Source: Rhizophagus irregularis
Taxonomy: Eukaryota
DNA: 64,000 bases
Assembly (NCBI RefSeq): GCF_026210795.1
Contig: NC_089431.1
Location: 1,116,001 to 1,180,000, forward strand
Direction: 5' to 3'
The notes beneath the pieces were generated by a model. That model searched no databases. It worked only from the letters and a program-made list of their open reading frames with translations, and had not been told where the DNA came from. Numbering within the stretch: position 1 is the first letter of the stretch; the number at the start of each line of letters is the position of its first letter. The translations under genes were made by a program, and so were the position numbers. Of the stretch, positions 41,677-53,160 are shown one piece after another.

Positions 41677-42193
41677 GGTGGCTTTGACAAAAATTTACTC
41701 AGCAGGAATGCTGGATGACCTGAAGGATTTATTTATTTAAATCAAAAAAAGGAGAAAGCTAAAAAAGCATGGATAATTATTCTGATATTGGAATAATGTA
41801 TTCGTCGGATCATGTGATACCAATGATGGCAAGTGAGTCATTTAGTCACGTGTCATTGGTTATCGCATATATCACGTGATTATAAATTTGTAGGTACTAA
41901 TCATAAATTAAATGGAACCTGCTTAGTGTATTAAATGTCATTTCAAAATAGTTAAATGACCTTACTTTGATTAATAAGTTATCCTTCGTCCGAAAATTGA
42001 TGTATTTTTACGTCATTTATTTTATTACTATACCATCATTGTGTGACATGTAACATTTGCGGTCACTGATATTTTGGACGTCTCATTTCAACTTAAATGA
42101 CCAGAACCAAACTACACTGATTACACTTTAATCATCATGCAACTCTCTTACTTTTTTTTGCGTGTATAGGCCGTTAGTCCTAAATTAACATAG

Positions 42194-42642
42194 ATGAGTG
42201 GCTCCCCAATAATTCATAAAAAGAGTTTGGCAATAATAAAAATTACTGATGCTAACGCGAAAAAAGAGAAGGGTTTAAGAAATTTATTCCTTGTCCAACT
42301 AATATGCTTACAGTTCACAGTGTAAAATTATCAACAAAATCAGGTGAACATGTCACACTAACAAATGAAATTTATCCTTTCATCAGAACCTAACAAAATC
42401 CGTCTAGTTTCAAAATTGAGGAATCACCAAAACTTAATATTCCTACCAAATCTCCTTTTCAGAAGTTTTCTTTGATAAACATAGTGAGACACACTTTTGA
42501 GAAAGTAGTGACCTCATTTGCGTACAGGTATTTCTTAGAAGTAGAAGGAAGAGATCTTACTTTTATTAATCATGAGATTGATTTACCTGATCGGTTGCAT
42601 AAGTGGTTCTTGGACGTTAAAGTAACATTATTTTTTAGATAA
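42194..42642 (+). pseudogene. Possible decayed intronless ORF of unknown function (~149 codons)
   Basis: MSGSPIIHKK... continues, after one frameshift and one stop, as FKKFIPCPTNMLTVHSVKL...RT*QNPSSFKIEE...WFLDVKVTLFFR*. That is unusually open for DNA this AT-rich. Confidence 0.35.
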
Positions 42643-42885
42643 GCGTCTAGTACAGTACAGTACTGAAATTTTAGTATTAGAATTGTCTCAATCTCCAGGC
42701 TCCAACGGCATCAATTTACATTTAGAAATTTGGATCAATATGGTGTGTGATGTATTATTTATTGTAATATCAATTATTTATCTGCGGAATGAAATAAAAA
42801 ATACAAATGTGCATCATCATCTTACATCGTCATCTTATATAAATTTACTGTAATAATCACTTAGCAGTAAATTAACGAGCGCTTA

Positions 42886-43206
42886 CAGCAAAATTCGAAA
42901 TATAGTGGACACTTGAAAATTTTTATTGTCGGGATTGTCAGGTACTCGGATTACTCGGCTAGTCGGGTTATTAGAAAAGAAAATAACACGGTATACCTTA
43001 ATTAAATTTTAATATAACATAATTACATTATATAGCAGATAGTATATACAATTATACTTTTTTATACTTTATACTACGTCATCATGATATATATACAGTA
43101 TATATGTCACGTGTTATATATCTTTTCTAATAACTCGACTAGCTGATAACCCGAGTACCCCAACAATAAAAATTTTCAAGTATCCACTATATTTCGAATT
43201 TTGCTG
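42886..43206. mobile_element. Tc1/mariner-type MITE with ~110-bp TIRs, related to 12510-12666
   Basis: TA|CAGCAAAATTCGAAATATAGTGGACACTTGAAAATTTTTATTGT ... ACAATAAAAATTTTCAAGTATCCACTATATTTCGAATTTTGCTG. It shares the GGACACTTG.AAATTT core. Confidence 0.85.
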
Positions 43207-43661
43207 TTAACCACAATTTGATTGATACATTAACGTGCGGTAGACCTTTCATTAATGTAACAAAATTCATCATCAAGTTTGCTTATTAGATCATGGATTG
43301 TATAGAAAAGGTAAAAAAAGAGAACGCCAATTTTAAATTAGTTTTAAAAAGAAAAATACTACGATATGTTATCGCTCGTCGTTTTTTAATTTTTATTCGT
43401 CAACCTTTATAATAAAGAGGGTGCTTATTTTCGAGGGGTGCTTAATTTCAATAAAATACAGTATTAAAAAAATATTAATTTTTACAATTATATAAATATC
43501 AGATTATATAAATTGTTTCAATTATTTGCAGTAAATGATTTTCTTTATTGAATATTAAATCCGACAAAGGCATTAATTCTTGCGAAATATTCTAAAATTA
43601 TTACAAGGTTATAGCAAAATTATTACATCTAAAAAAAATTAAAAAAAAAAAGATACTGTAA

Positions 43662-45518
43662 GGCCACGCAAATTAATATTTTCAGTTCACGTAACATTAA
43701 AATTTAAAATTAACCCGGAGACCTGGGTTTTATTTTTTATTAATCAAAAATTATTATTATAAGTCACGTGATATGCTAGTTTATAATTAGATAATCTGTA
43801 TGGGGTTTCGAAGGATAATCAAATCGGTTTATCCCACACAAATACAGGAACATAATTCCTAAAGAACCCCTTTACACGGACAAGGGTGTTTATATAATTC
43901 CAGGTTCCAGAGAATGGTTTACTTATATGTATAATTTACACATCAATATACCCCACCTCTTACAAAAGCTCAACGCCACGCCTTACGACTCAATAATGAG
44001 TGTATCGAGAGAGACACTAAATGGAGAGAAGATGCAAAATATCATGGGACATCATTCAACCGAATCAACCGTTGACAATATTTAACGTTCTCGATGACTA
44101 GATTTTGTGATCGTTTCCACACTGAAATGATGGAATTCAGAGAGCAATACCTACAAACTAATGACGAGGATAAGAAATTACAAATTTATATGAAAATGAA
44201 CACATACACCACAATATTGTCTGTACCTAACAGAAACCGCAAATCCCTTATCAACCCAATCGCTACCCTTCCTTCGGGCGCTCCAGATGATACTTCTGAC
44301 GATACAAGAGAACTCAAACTTAGACCTAAAAAATGAAGAATTTCTTCGTATACTAACCTTTACCCATTAATAGATAACAGTGAACGATTCAAACGTAGGC
44401 ATTCCTCTCCTGCCTTATTGGACGACTCAACAGGAGCGGACCTCAAATGATTTAATATTTGCATTAGTTTTTTGAGTCAAAATTTATTTTTTTACAAGTA
44501 GTTTTTTTTCTACATCTTATTTTTATACAATTTATTTTTACACCAAATTTATCGATATATTCAAAAACAATTTAGAATAGTGTGAATCATTCCAACTCTG
44601 ACAGTATTTACAGTTGGCGACCTTTTGGTTGAAAGAAAAATACGGAACATTTTTTTTATATTTGTTTGTTATACTTTATTAGTGTAGTCTTTTTCTTTTG
44701 CTCTTTTAATGGCTACCTGTTCCCTCATCGGTCGGGATGTTGGAACAGTCTATATATAACTATTACGTAGGGTCCGTTCTATGGAATGGATGATGGACTA
44801 AGTGTTGGGCATATTTCTTCGGATACATGCTCTCTTAGATAGTTTTTCCGACTTTACATAAAATAAATAAATAAATAAAGAAGGATAATCAAATTTTTTT
44901 CATTCCAGTTTGTTACTAAAAATGTCTATCATACATGTACGAATAAGTTACAACCCTGTAACTTTAAAAGATTAGGAAGGTTTACCAGTTGTAAAGGTAT
45001 AAAATACACAAAGTCCTCATAGCACAGATGACTCATTAAAAAAATTATTTTCTATTGTTAAGGTTAATAATACCCTAACATGTAATAGTCCTATTGAAAT
45101 TCCATATTATTCAAGTGGATTATTTAAAGAAGCACTTGTTTTAACTGTGGGGCAGAATGTGAAGAAGAAAATAATTATGGAAAGTATTTTCCATATTGTG
45201 AAGATTGTAGTGCGTTAAGGAAAATGTTGGTAGTACCATTGGAGATGATAAGATGGAAGCTCAAGGATATGCTACTAAATTAAAGGGAGAAAGTAAAATG
45301 GAGAGGAATAATCAGTCGAAAATAAAAAGAGAAGAAGTAAAGAAAATAAATTTGTAAAGTCAAGTAAACGTAAAAAATTTTATCACGTGATTTCAAGTAA
45401 TAAATCTTTATTATGAATTAGTAATTTAAACATTTTTACATATAAAAATTTTTTAGTCAAATTTTGAAAAAATGACCCGGCCGGGTGAAATGAACCGAAA
45501 ATATTAGTTTTCGTGGCC
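43662..45518. mobile_element. Non-autonomous Zator- or PIF/Harbinger-like DNA transposon, 28-bp TIR, TAA TSD, carrying a nested retroposed insert
   Basis: TAA|GGCCACGCAAATTAATATTTTCAGTTCA ... TGAACCGAAAATATTAGTTTTCGTGGCC|TAA. TCACGTGA occurs near both ends. Confidence 0.82.
43825..44879 (+). mobile_element. 5'-truncated retroposed (non-LTR/TPRT-type) insertion with decayed orphan ORF
   Basis: Exact 15-bp TSD GAAGGATAATCAAAT (43810-43824, 44880-44894) and a 3' (TAAA)n tail. It begins mid-ORF and has a hairpin-rich 3' region. Confidence 0.85.
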
Positions 45519-46879
45519 TAATAAGTGTGTCGGACTTGTGTTAAAACGGGATTCTGATCGTCAGGACTTTGACAGTGATCGGGGTAAGACTAAATTGATT
45601 AAAACTCGATCACATTTAATTGATCCATGTGGTGACGGACCCTATAACAGATAACTAATTTATTAATCCCCCCTGTCGCACTCATGATTACTTTCATACT
45701 AATTTTTGAAAATTGCGAGTGATTAGCAGAGTTTATACTTATTTCCGGTCTCATATAGATAGCCGGGAAATTTCTAATTTTAGTTTAAAATTTTACCACA
45801 TGTTAAGTGACACGCTCCTGGGATCATTTTCTAGTTTTTTATTCCGAAGAAACTCAGACACGTGATCATTTTTCTGAAACATTTTTTATAGAGAGGGTCG
45901 GAGGAAATTACTCATTTATTTCCAACTCCCCATGAAATAAATAATACAAATTCGCGTATTTAATTAGTACTGGCTATAACGAATTAGAATTTTTAAATTC
46001 GCTATATAAAGGTGAAACTGTACATTGCTTTATTTTGAGTGGAATAAAGGATATATTTTTGTTACATGATTCCGCAAGGAAAATGGTAGGTTAAAAGGAA
46101 TTTTCATTGTGGGTAAATGCCAGTTATGGTCCAAGCGTTGGAGTTGTTATCTTCAATAACGAGGTTATTATGTGAAAATATTTGTTTGAACGTTGTTATT
46201 CATCAACGTGAAGGTGTAACAAGAGCTAACCGCAACAAGTTGAAACCGGCTTGATATGATGTGATTGAATCCTTATTTTATGGTTGGGAGAGATATCTGG
46301 GGCAAATTAAATGCTGCCACTTTCGGCTTCCTTTTTCCTGATTCACATGTCAGACTTTGTGGTAATATAGGCTATAGGTGCTGAAGTGGTATTATTGCTA
46401 TTAGCATATGATTATATTTTGTCCACAGCTATGAAATTGATCTTACGTTATAGCTATACAGATCAATTTTTTTTGATTTATCACGTGTTTAAGTACATTC
46501 TCAATTTAAATTATATACAATTCGCAGCAGTAATATGTAGTAAATATAAATGCAGTATTATAAATTTACGTAAATATTTGATTTCGAAATATGTTTAAAC
46601 CTCTCCGTTAAGAAATTTGAAAAACGCCATTATGCTCATAAATCTTTTTCTCAATAGGTTGAATATTTGTAAACCAATGTATGAGTGCTATTTATTTTAC
46701 AGCATAATCTCAATACTTTGATATTCATTCACTATTGATATTGAAAAAAAAAAATCAAGTAATATTAAAGTATCTTTGCGATATGGACGTGATGATACGA
46801 ATTAAATTAATTAAATTAAATAAAATAACCGGATTAAGAAAGTAGGATATTGATATATATTAATATTCCCCGGTGTAAA

Positions 46880-48149
46880 TTAACAAATTTTTTGAGTCCA
46901 AAATCTAAGAACATGACCTTTAGAAGTTTTGTTTTCCTTTAAGTCTTCTTTAAGACTTTCTACGATTTCCTTAAATTTCTCTTCAGAAATTCCTATTTCA
47001 GCACTCAAATCTTTAATTGCCCTATTTGTGGTAAGAAATAATATTACCACTTCTTGATAAACTAAACCAGGTTTACCACCATGTGGTCCAAAAGTGACAA
47101 TTTTCTCGTCATGATGAACGACTCCTATATTTTGATGTGATTCAAGTATTGAATTAAGGTGAATTATCGATCTTATATTCACATTTCGTTTTAAACAAGA
47201 CTTGTAAACTACAATATTTAAAAATAAAAATAATATTAATACTAAGACTAGTATGTAATTATATAATGTGCGTGATTATAATAAGAAATGGATACACTCA
47301 CATCCTTTATAAATTGTATAGAAATTTGGACTAGATTTATCAATGTTAAGGTATAAATCAGTTATTTCGATATATCCGCCAGGTTTGGTTACTCTGATAA
47401 ATGATGATTATAATAAAGTCGAATATTAATAATATTGATATAATAAGTTATAAAAAGATAAAAAAAAAATTCTTTTTACCTAATCAGTTCAGAAAGAGTG
47501 AAATTCCATTGTTCTGTCGTTAAAATATTCACCATTGATTCTATATGTGTAAAATCAAATTCGTTGTCTCTAAATGGTAATCCATCAAATATATCGGCTT
47601 CGATAAATTCAAGATTACATGGTTTTATCTATCAAGTTTATAGAAAAACAATTTAATCTTATTCTTTAAAAATACAACTTTTTTTTTTTTTGCACTGATG
47701 AAATTTTACCTCTTTTGGAAATACTGGCTTTATATCGAGTCCAAAAAAATTTGATTTGTCATATATAGTCGCTAAATCTAATAACCATGTACCGGGACCG
47801 CATCTTATATAAAAATACGAAAAAAAATTATTTATATCAAAAAACGTTTAATTAATTAATTTTAATAAAATTTTTCTTTCACTTACGCAACATCTAGTAC
47901 TTTACACCCTAGAGTTAATTTCTCCTCAACAGGGGCAGAAAAATTACCTTGAAATAAATATTTTATAATAAAATTATGCATATGTTGCCTATCAATATCA
48001 TTTAAATCATTATTTGATAAATAATACGCTAGTTCTTGTTCTTCTTCATTTACGACTTCTGGTGATACACCTTCTGATAATTGGTTTGGTACTAATTGTG
48101 ATTTTGATCTTGTTTCTCTTGATTTCAAACACGAATTACTATTACCCAT
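46880..48149 (-). CDS. Class I SAM-dependent methyltransferase, copy 8 (most divergent); exons 48149-47887, 47803-47710, 47628-47480, 47393-47302, 47208-46880
   Basis: Exons of 263/94/149/92/329 nt are in frame. Motifs KVLDVA|CGPGTW, GLPFRDNEFDFTH, ELIRVTKPGGYIEI, RFWTQK. Confidence 0.92.
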
Positions 48150-49674
48150 AATTTGAATATTTTATTTTTTCATACAACTTCAAGAAGAAAAAAAATTCAT
48201 ATGTCTAGAAAATGGCTTATTTATTATAATTTTGAAAAGATTGACAATATTTCGGGTGAAACTATCGGATTTTCAAAAAATTTACCATGTTTATTTAAAT
48301 TCCGATAATTATGGTACATCAATTAAATGAATGTACCAGATTTTCTGATTTTCATATCATCTTTACGGGGTAAAAAGAATAAGAGGTTCAGATGTACATA
48401 CTTCACGAGTTAAAGAGACAATATTTGCAGAAAGTACAAGAAAATACACGCAAATATTCTCATAAAAACTCTAAATACTGTAAATTAAATTCAAAAGGAG
48501 AAATATACGAATTTTACATAACTATCGATTAATGATCGTCATTCCATCGGATGATTTATTTATTATTAGGATCTGCATTCTCCATGTTTAAATTGTCAAT
48601 CAATCTAAATCGGTATGACACATAATAAATTTTAAATTTTTAATAATTTTATTTTTTTTAAAAAAAAAACATGACATAATTTTTTACAAAATATAAATAA
48701 GTTTTTGCAATTATAGTGTTTGTGTATTTATTGTCAATTGCTTTAAATTTCACCCTAATTTTTAATATAACGACAGTGCCTATCCTTAGACGAATTGCGA
48801 AGATACGTACAAAATGTCATGGATTTGACCAATTTTGATAATTTGAGAAAATTTGTAATCTCCTTTCCTTTTTATGTTAAATAAAATCTATTCACGTAAT
48901 AAAAAAATGGGATTTTACTACTTGCTAAACTGGTGAAAACTCGCATCCTTTCCAAATCCTTTCCAAATCTTTCTAACGTCCTATACATGGGGGTGTAATT
49001 ATTCCAGATAATTCGGCATTTAGGCGGCGTAATGGTGAAATTTATTACACCAAACTTTTGTTCAAAGATTTATATTCCCTATAAAAACGAAATGTGTTAA
49101 ACCTGTTTTATATTTGTACTCTTGTGTAATAAATGTCTATAAAAGCACCATTTTGTTTAATTTTGTTTTTTGTAATAAGATATAAATCGGACAAAATGGT
49201 GTTTTTTTAGACATTTTTTACGTATGAACACAATTCATTTTTATAGGGATTAAAATAGTATTATGCCGAAATTTTGTAATGTAATATTTCGGGATGGCTT
49301 GAACCTGACGGTAAGACGAAAAGGAGTGGTATCGAGTTAACCAAAAAAGTATAGTATGGTGTGAAATCGATATTGAGTATGATTTAGATAATAAAATTAT
49401 ACTTAACTGTAATAGAACGAAAAAAGTATTGTATTTATATTTTTTTTATTTATAATTATACTCAACTGCCATATTAAGTTAAAATTGAAGAAAATTTTAT
49501 TGTGATTAATACTAATTCTTAATTAGCTAATTTCAATTGACGCTCCTTTTCACAATTATTTTTGTTTCACGTTCCCTTAAAGCAAGTTCATATTCTTTTA
49601 ATGCTAAAAACTAAATATATTCAAGCTCTTTAAGCTTTAAAGCCAACTTACTTTCTTTATTATTATCTTCTTCA

Positions 49675-50654
49675 AAATCATTTGGCATTTGCGAAGGACA
49701 ATGTAATTTAGGATTTTGTTATGAAAATGGTATAGGAACGTCTAAAAATGACAAACAAGCATTTGAATGTTACATGAAATCAGCTATTGGAGGAGATGGT
49801 ATTTAAAATCAGCATACAATGGAAACAAAATTGCACAAAATAATTTGGGAATTTATTACTATTATGATAAAGGGACATATAAAAATGAGAAGAAAGCATT
49901 TGAAAGGTACATGAAATCAGCTATTGCAGGGTATGCTGAAGGGCAATGTAATTTAGGATTTTGTTATGAAAATGGCATAGGGACAATTAAAGATAACAAA
50001 AAAGCATTTGAGTGGTATTCTAGATATCTGAAAATGGAAATGCGATAGCACAAAATAATTTAGGAGCTTGTTATCAACAACTATATAAGAATGAAATAAA
50101 AGCATTTGAATGGTACATGAAATTAGATGTGCTGAAGGACAATATAATGGTTATGGAAATAGCTAGGAGTGGCTAAGAATGAAACGAAAACGTTTGAATG
50201 GTATTCTAGATCGGCGAAAAAATGGAAATTTGATAGCACAAAAGAATTTAGGATTTTGTTATTCAAACGGTATAGGGACAGATAAAAATGAAGCCAAAGC
50301 ATTTGAATGTAGCAGAAAATTGAAATGCATAAATATGATAAAACTGAGACGAAAGCATTTGAATGGTACATGAAATCAGCTATTGCAGGATGTGCTGAAG
50401 GACAATGTAATTTAGGATGTTGTTATGGAAATGGCTAGAAACTGATAAGAAGTAAGAACATAGAAAAACCTTTTATATGGTATTTAAAATCAGCTGAAGG
50501 TGGAATGCAACATCACAACATTATATAGGAGCTTGGTATTATAATTAATAAAAATAATGACGAAGCAATTAATTGGTACAGAAAAGCTTCATATAACAGA
50601 GTTGAAGAAGCAAAGAATGAACTAAATAATATTCTATCAGGTATGCAACATTAA
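49675..50654 (+). pseudogene. Sel1-like repeat (SLR) protein pseudogene
   Basis: Repeated AEGQCNLGFCYENGIGTxKxxKKAFEWY and AQNNLGxxY units, broken by several frameshifts and stops. It ends EEAKNELNNILSGMQH*. Confidence 0.85.
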
Positions 50655-51997
50655 TTATTACAATTTTACGTTAGTAATTATTTAATTCTACATATAATAC
50701 TTTGATATATAAAACTGATTTGAATCTACTAATAAATATCGTGTTTTTAATTAACGTGAATAATATAAGTTGAGTTTTTACTTCTTACGTTCCCGCATAA
50801 AGTACAGAGAGTATCATATATAATATTGATGAGAATTTTTTAATTTCCCAGAATAAGCGGTAAAATAGAACATAGAAAGATATGACACATTGTAATAATA
50901 ATCCTAACTTACTACCAAAGCATAACTTCGCAACCAAACAATATATACTATAAATTCCTATTTTTTTTTAAATTGTGACCCCGGTTATGAAAAAAAAAGG
51001 AAGACCATGAATTGTATGTACTGTAAATATGCTAAATAGTGTATGTAAAATTTTCAGGAAAATTTTACGAGGCTTTAAAATATAATTTATACGCTAAATT
51101 TATAAAAATCGGTTTATTATTATTACAATGATATGGATGTGACATATTTTCTGGATCTTGTGATCCATAAATCTATGATAATCAAACTCTTATCGCAACA
51201 ACAGTTGTTAAAGTGAATAAAGTGAATAATAGTCAGGATGAAATTATATTTTAGTTAGGAGTTTAAAGATTGTTATTCTTATTAACCTTAATTTTTGGTA
51301 CATCATTTTTACCGTTTTTCGTTCTACTCGTGTGAATTTTATTTGATGTTCCGAGTTTTAATTTATCTTAGGAGAACCAAATCAATAAAATAAAGAGACT
51401 TTAACTATCATTATCAAAATGCAGATTCATAATTTAGATATCAGTATATGTTTAATGTGAACAGATCGGTATTCTTGATACATAAATGTAACAAAACCAA
51501 CAGAGATGTTAAATATTTAAATATTTAAACATGAAAAACATCAATTCTTTTTAATAGACAATTGTATTCACAAGATATAAAACAAAATAAACTATTTTTT
51601 TCGTTCCTTATTCAGTTTTTTTTGAGCGCGTGCATCCTAATATTTCTAAGACCTTGTTTTGTTGATCAACACCCCGGACTATAGTCCGAATCTGTAATAA
51701 TAGAACATCCGATTCTTTGATGAAGTAAGCTCTAGTGCGACGCTTCCTGGATACAATATTTGAGAGGACACTCGTATCCAATTTGGTGTTAGTCGAAACT
51801 ACGATTTCAATAATTACAATAATTTCCATAAGACGTTATTTCATTTACATATTTTTATTTGTCTAAACCATAATACAAGATAGAAACAAAATAAAAATAG
51901 AATGTTGAATGAGAATAGGAAAGTATACTAATTTCTAATTTGAGTCGTTGCTTCATATGTTTAAGAAATAGTAGTTGCATTATTTTCTTTGGGACTA

Positions 51998-52436
51998 CAG
52001 TCTTATCTCGATGTAACGAACTTACGATGTAACGAACTTTCGACTTACCGAACTTTTTTTTAAAACCAGTTTCATAGTATTTAAAAACATCTTAATATAC
52101 CAAACATCATATAAACTTTATATAACGTATACCGAACTTTTATTGATTTACCGCTTATTATAAAACATAAAAAATTTTTGATATACCGAACTCAGTCACA
52201 TGATTTGCCAATTTCGCCTGAAATTAATTAATTTCGGCCAGAATTAGAACCACTTAATTTTGCCTAAATTAATTGATGCCAAGACATCTTAATTCTGGCC
52301 GAAATTGGGACATTAATTACGTGATTTTCTTTTATATACCTAGGGGTTCGGTATATAAAAAATTTTTCTTTACCGAACTCTACTATATACCGAACTTTTA
52401 CCCCAAACTTTGGGTTCGGTAATCGAGATTTGACTG
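51998..52436. mobile_element. pogo/Tigger-like MITE with TA TSD
   Basis: TA|CAGTCTTATCTCGATGTAACGAAC ... GTTCGGTAATCGAGATTTGACTG|TA. Subterminal ACCGAACTT repeats and an internal inverted AATTTCGGCCAGAATTA pair. Confidence 0.82.
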
Positions 52437-52449
52437 TACTTATTTAAGA

Positions 52450-53160
52450 ATAGAAACTATTTCCGAGATTCTCTGGTTCAAACTCCCAACATCCTATTAT
52501 GTAATGTACAAGTTAGATAGTAGTTAGATGTGTGTTTCTGTTACGAAATAAGATTATTCGCTACTAATTTTCCGAAGAAAATCTCTCCAGGAATTTTATA
52601 CTTACTTTTATAGAATTTAACATATTCACTATTTGTGTTTGGAATGGGAATTTCTCTTTTACCATTTATAATGCGGATTTCCAAACTATTATCTGTTTCG
52701 AAAGGTGTTCAATTGCAAGAATAATACCTGGATCTATGTAAGGCGTAACGCCATATGCTTTTTCTTTTTTGTCGATAACTGATCCGTATAGATGTGAACG
52801 TCCAAAATCTGTGATCTTTATCGTATGTTTGATGTACCATGCTTACTGAGTTTTGTAGCAACGATAATCCCGATATTTTCATTTACTACTTTACCTATAA
52901 ACTTCGAGACTTCACATAGTTTAATTATATTCGGATGGATATCAACCTTTCCCAATAAAAAAATCTAAAAAAATAAAATTACCATATGGATAACAAATTT
53001 CCTCTTAAATATTAAAAAGTACATGTAAACAAAATAATACCTCATTAACAACGTCATTCATCAAACTATTGACGAAATCCTTTTAATTACATATGTTGTT
53101 GTTGTTCCATTCATTTGCAGTATGAATCACCGATAATCTTTGAAAAATCTCAAGGACAAT
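52450..53160 (-). pseudogene. Protein kinase (tyrosine-kinase-like) pseudogene fragment
   Basis: Minus-strand remnants VDIHPNIIK, TIKITDFGRS (DFG motif) and AYGVTPYIDP, with deletions and frameshifts between them. Confidence 0.7.

Noticed and set aside
43416..43463. Solo pogo-type terminus (GGGGTGCTTA repeats, AATACAGTA)
   Set aside because: No partner TIR nearby, and it is in the wrong orientation to pair with the 58175 terminus.
44690..44850. Possible hammerhead/HDV ribozyme or tRNA-derived SINE head in the structured region
   Set aside because: No intact CUGANGA/GAAA core, pseudoknot or A/B boxes found by eye; kept only as 3' hairpins.
51608..51829. 73-aa ORF
   Set aside because: No motif, paralog or convincing splice structure.
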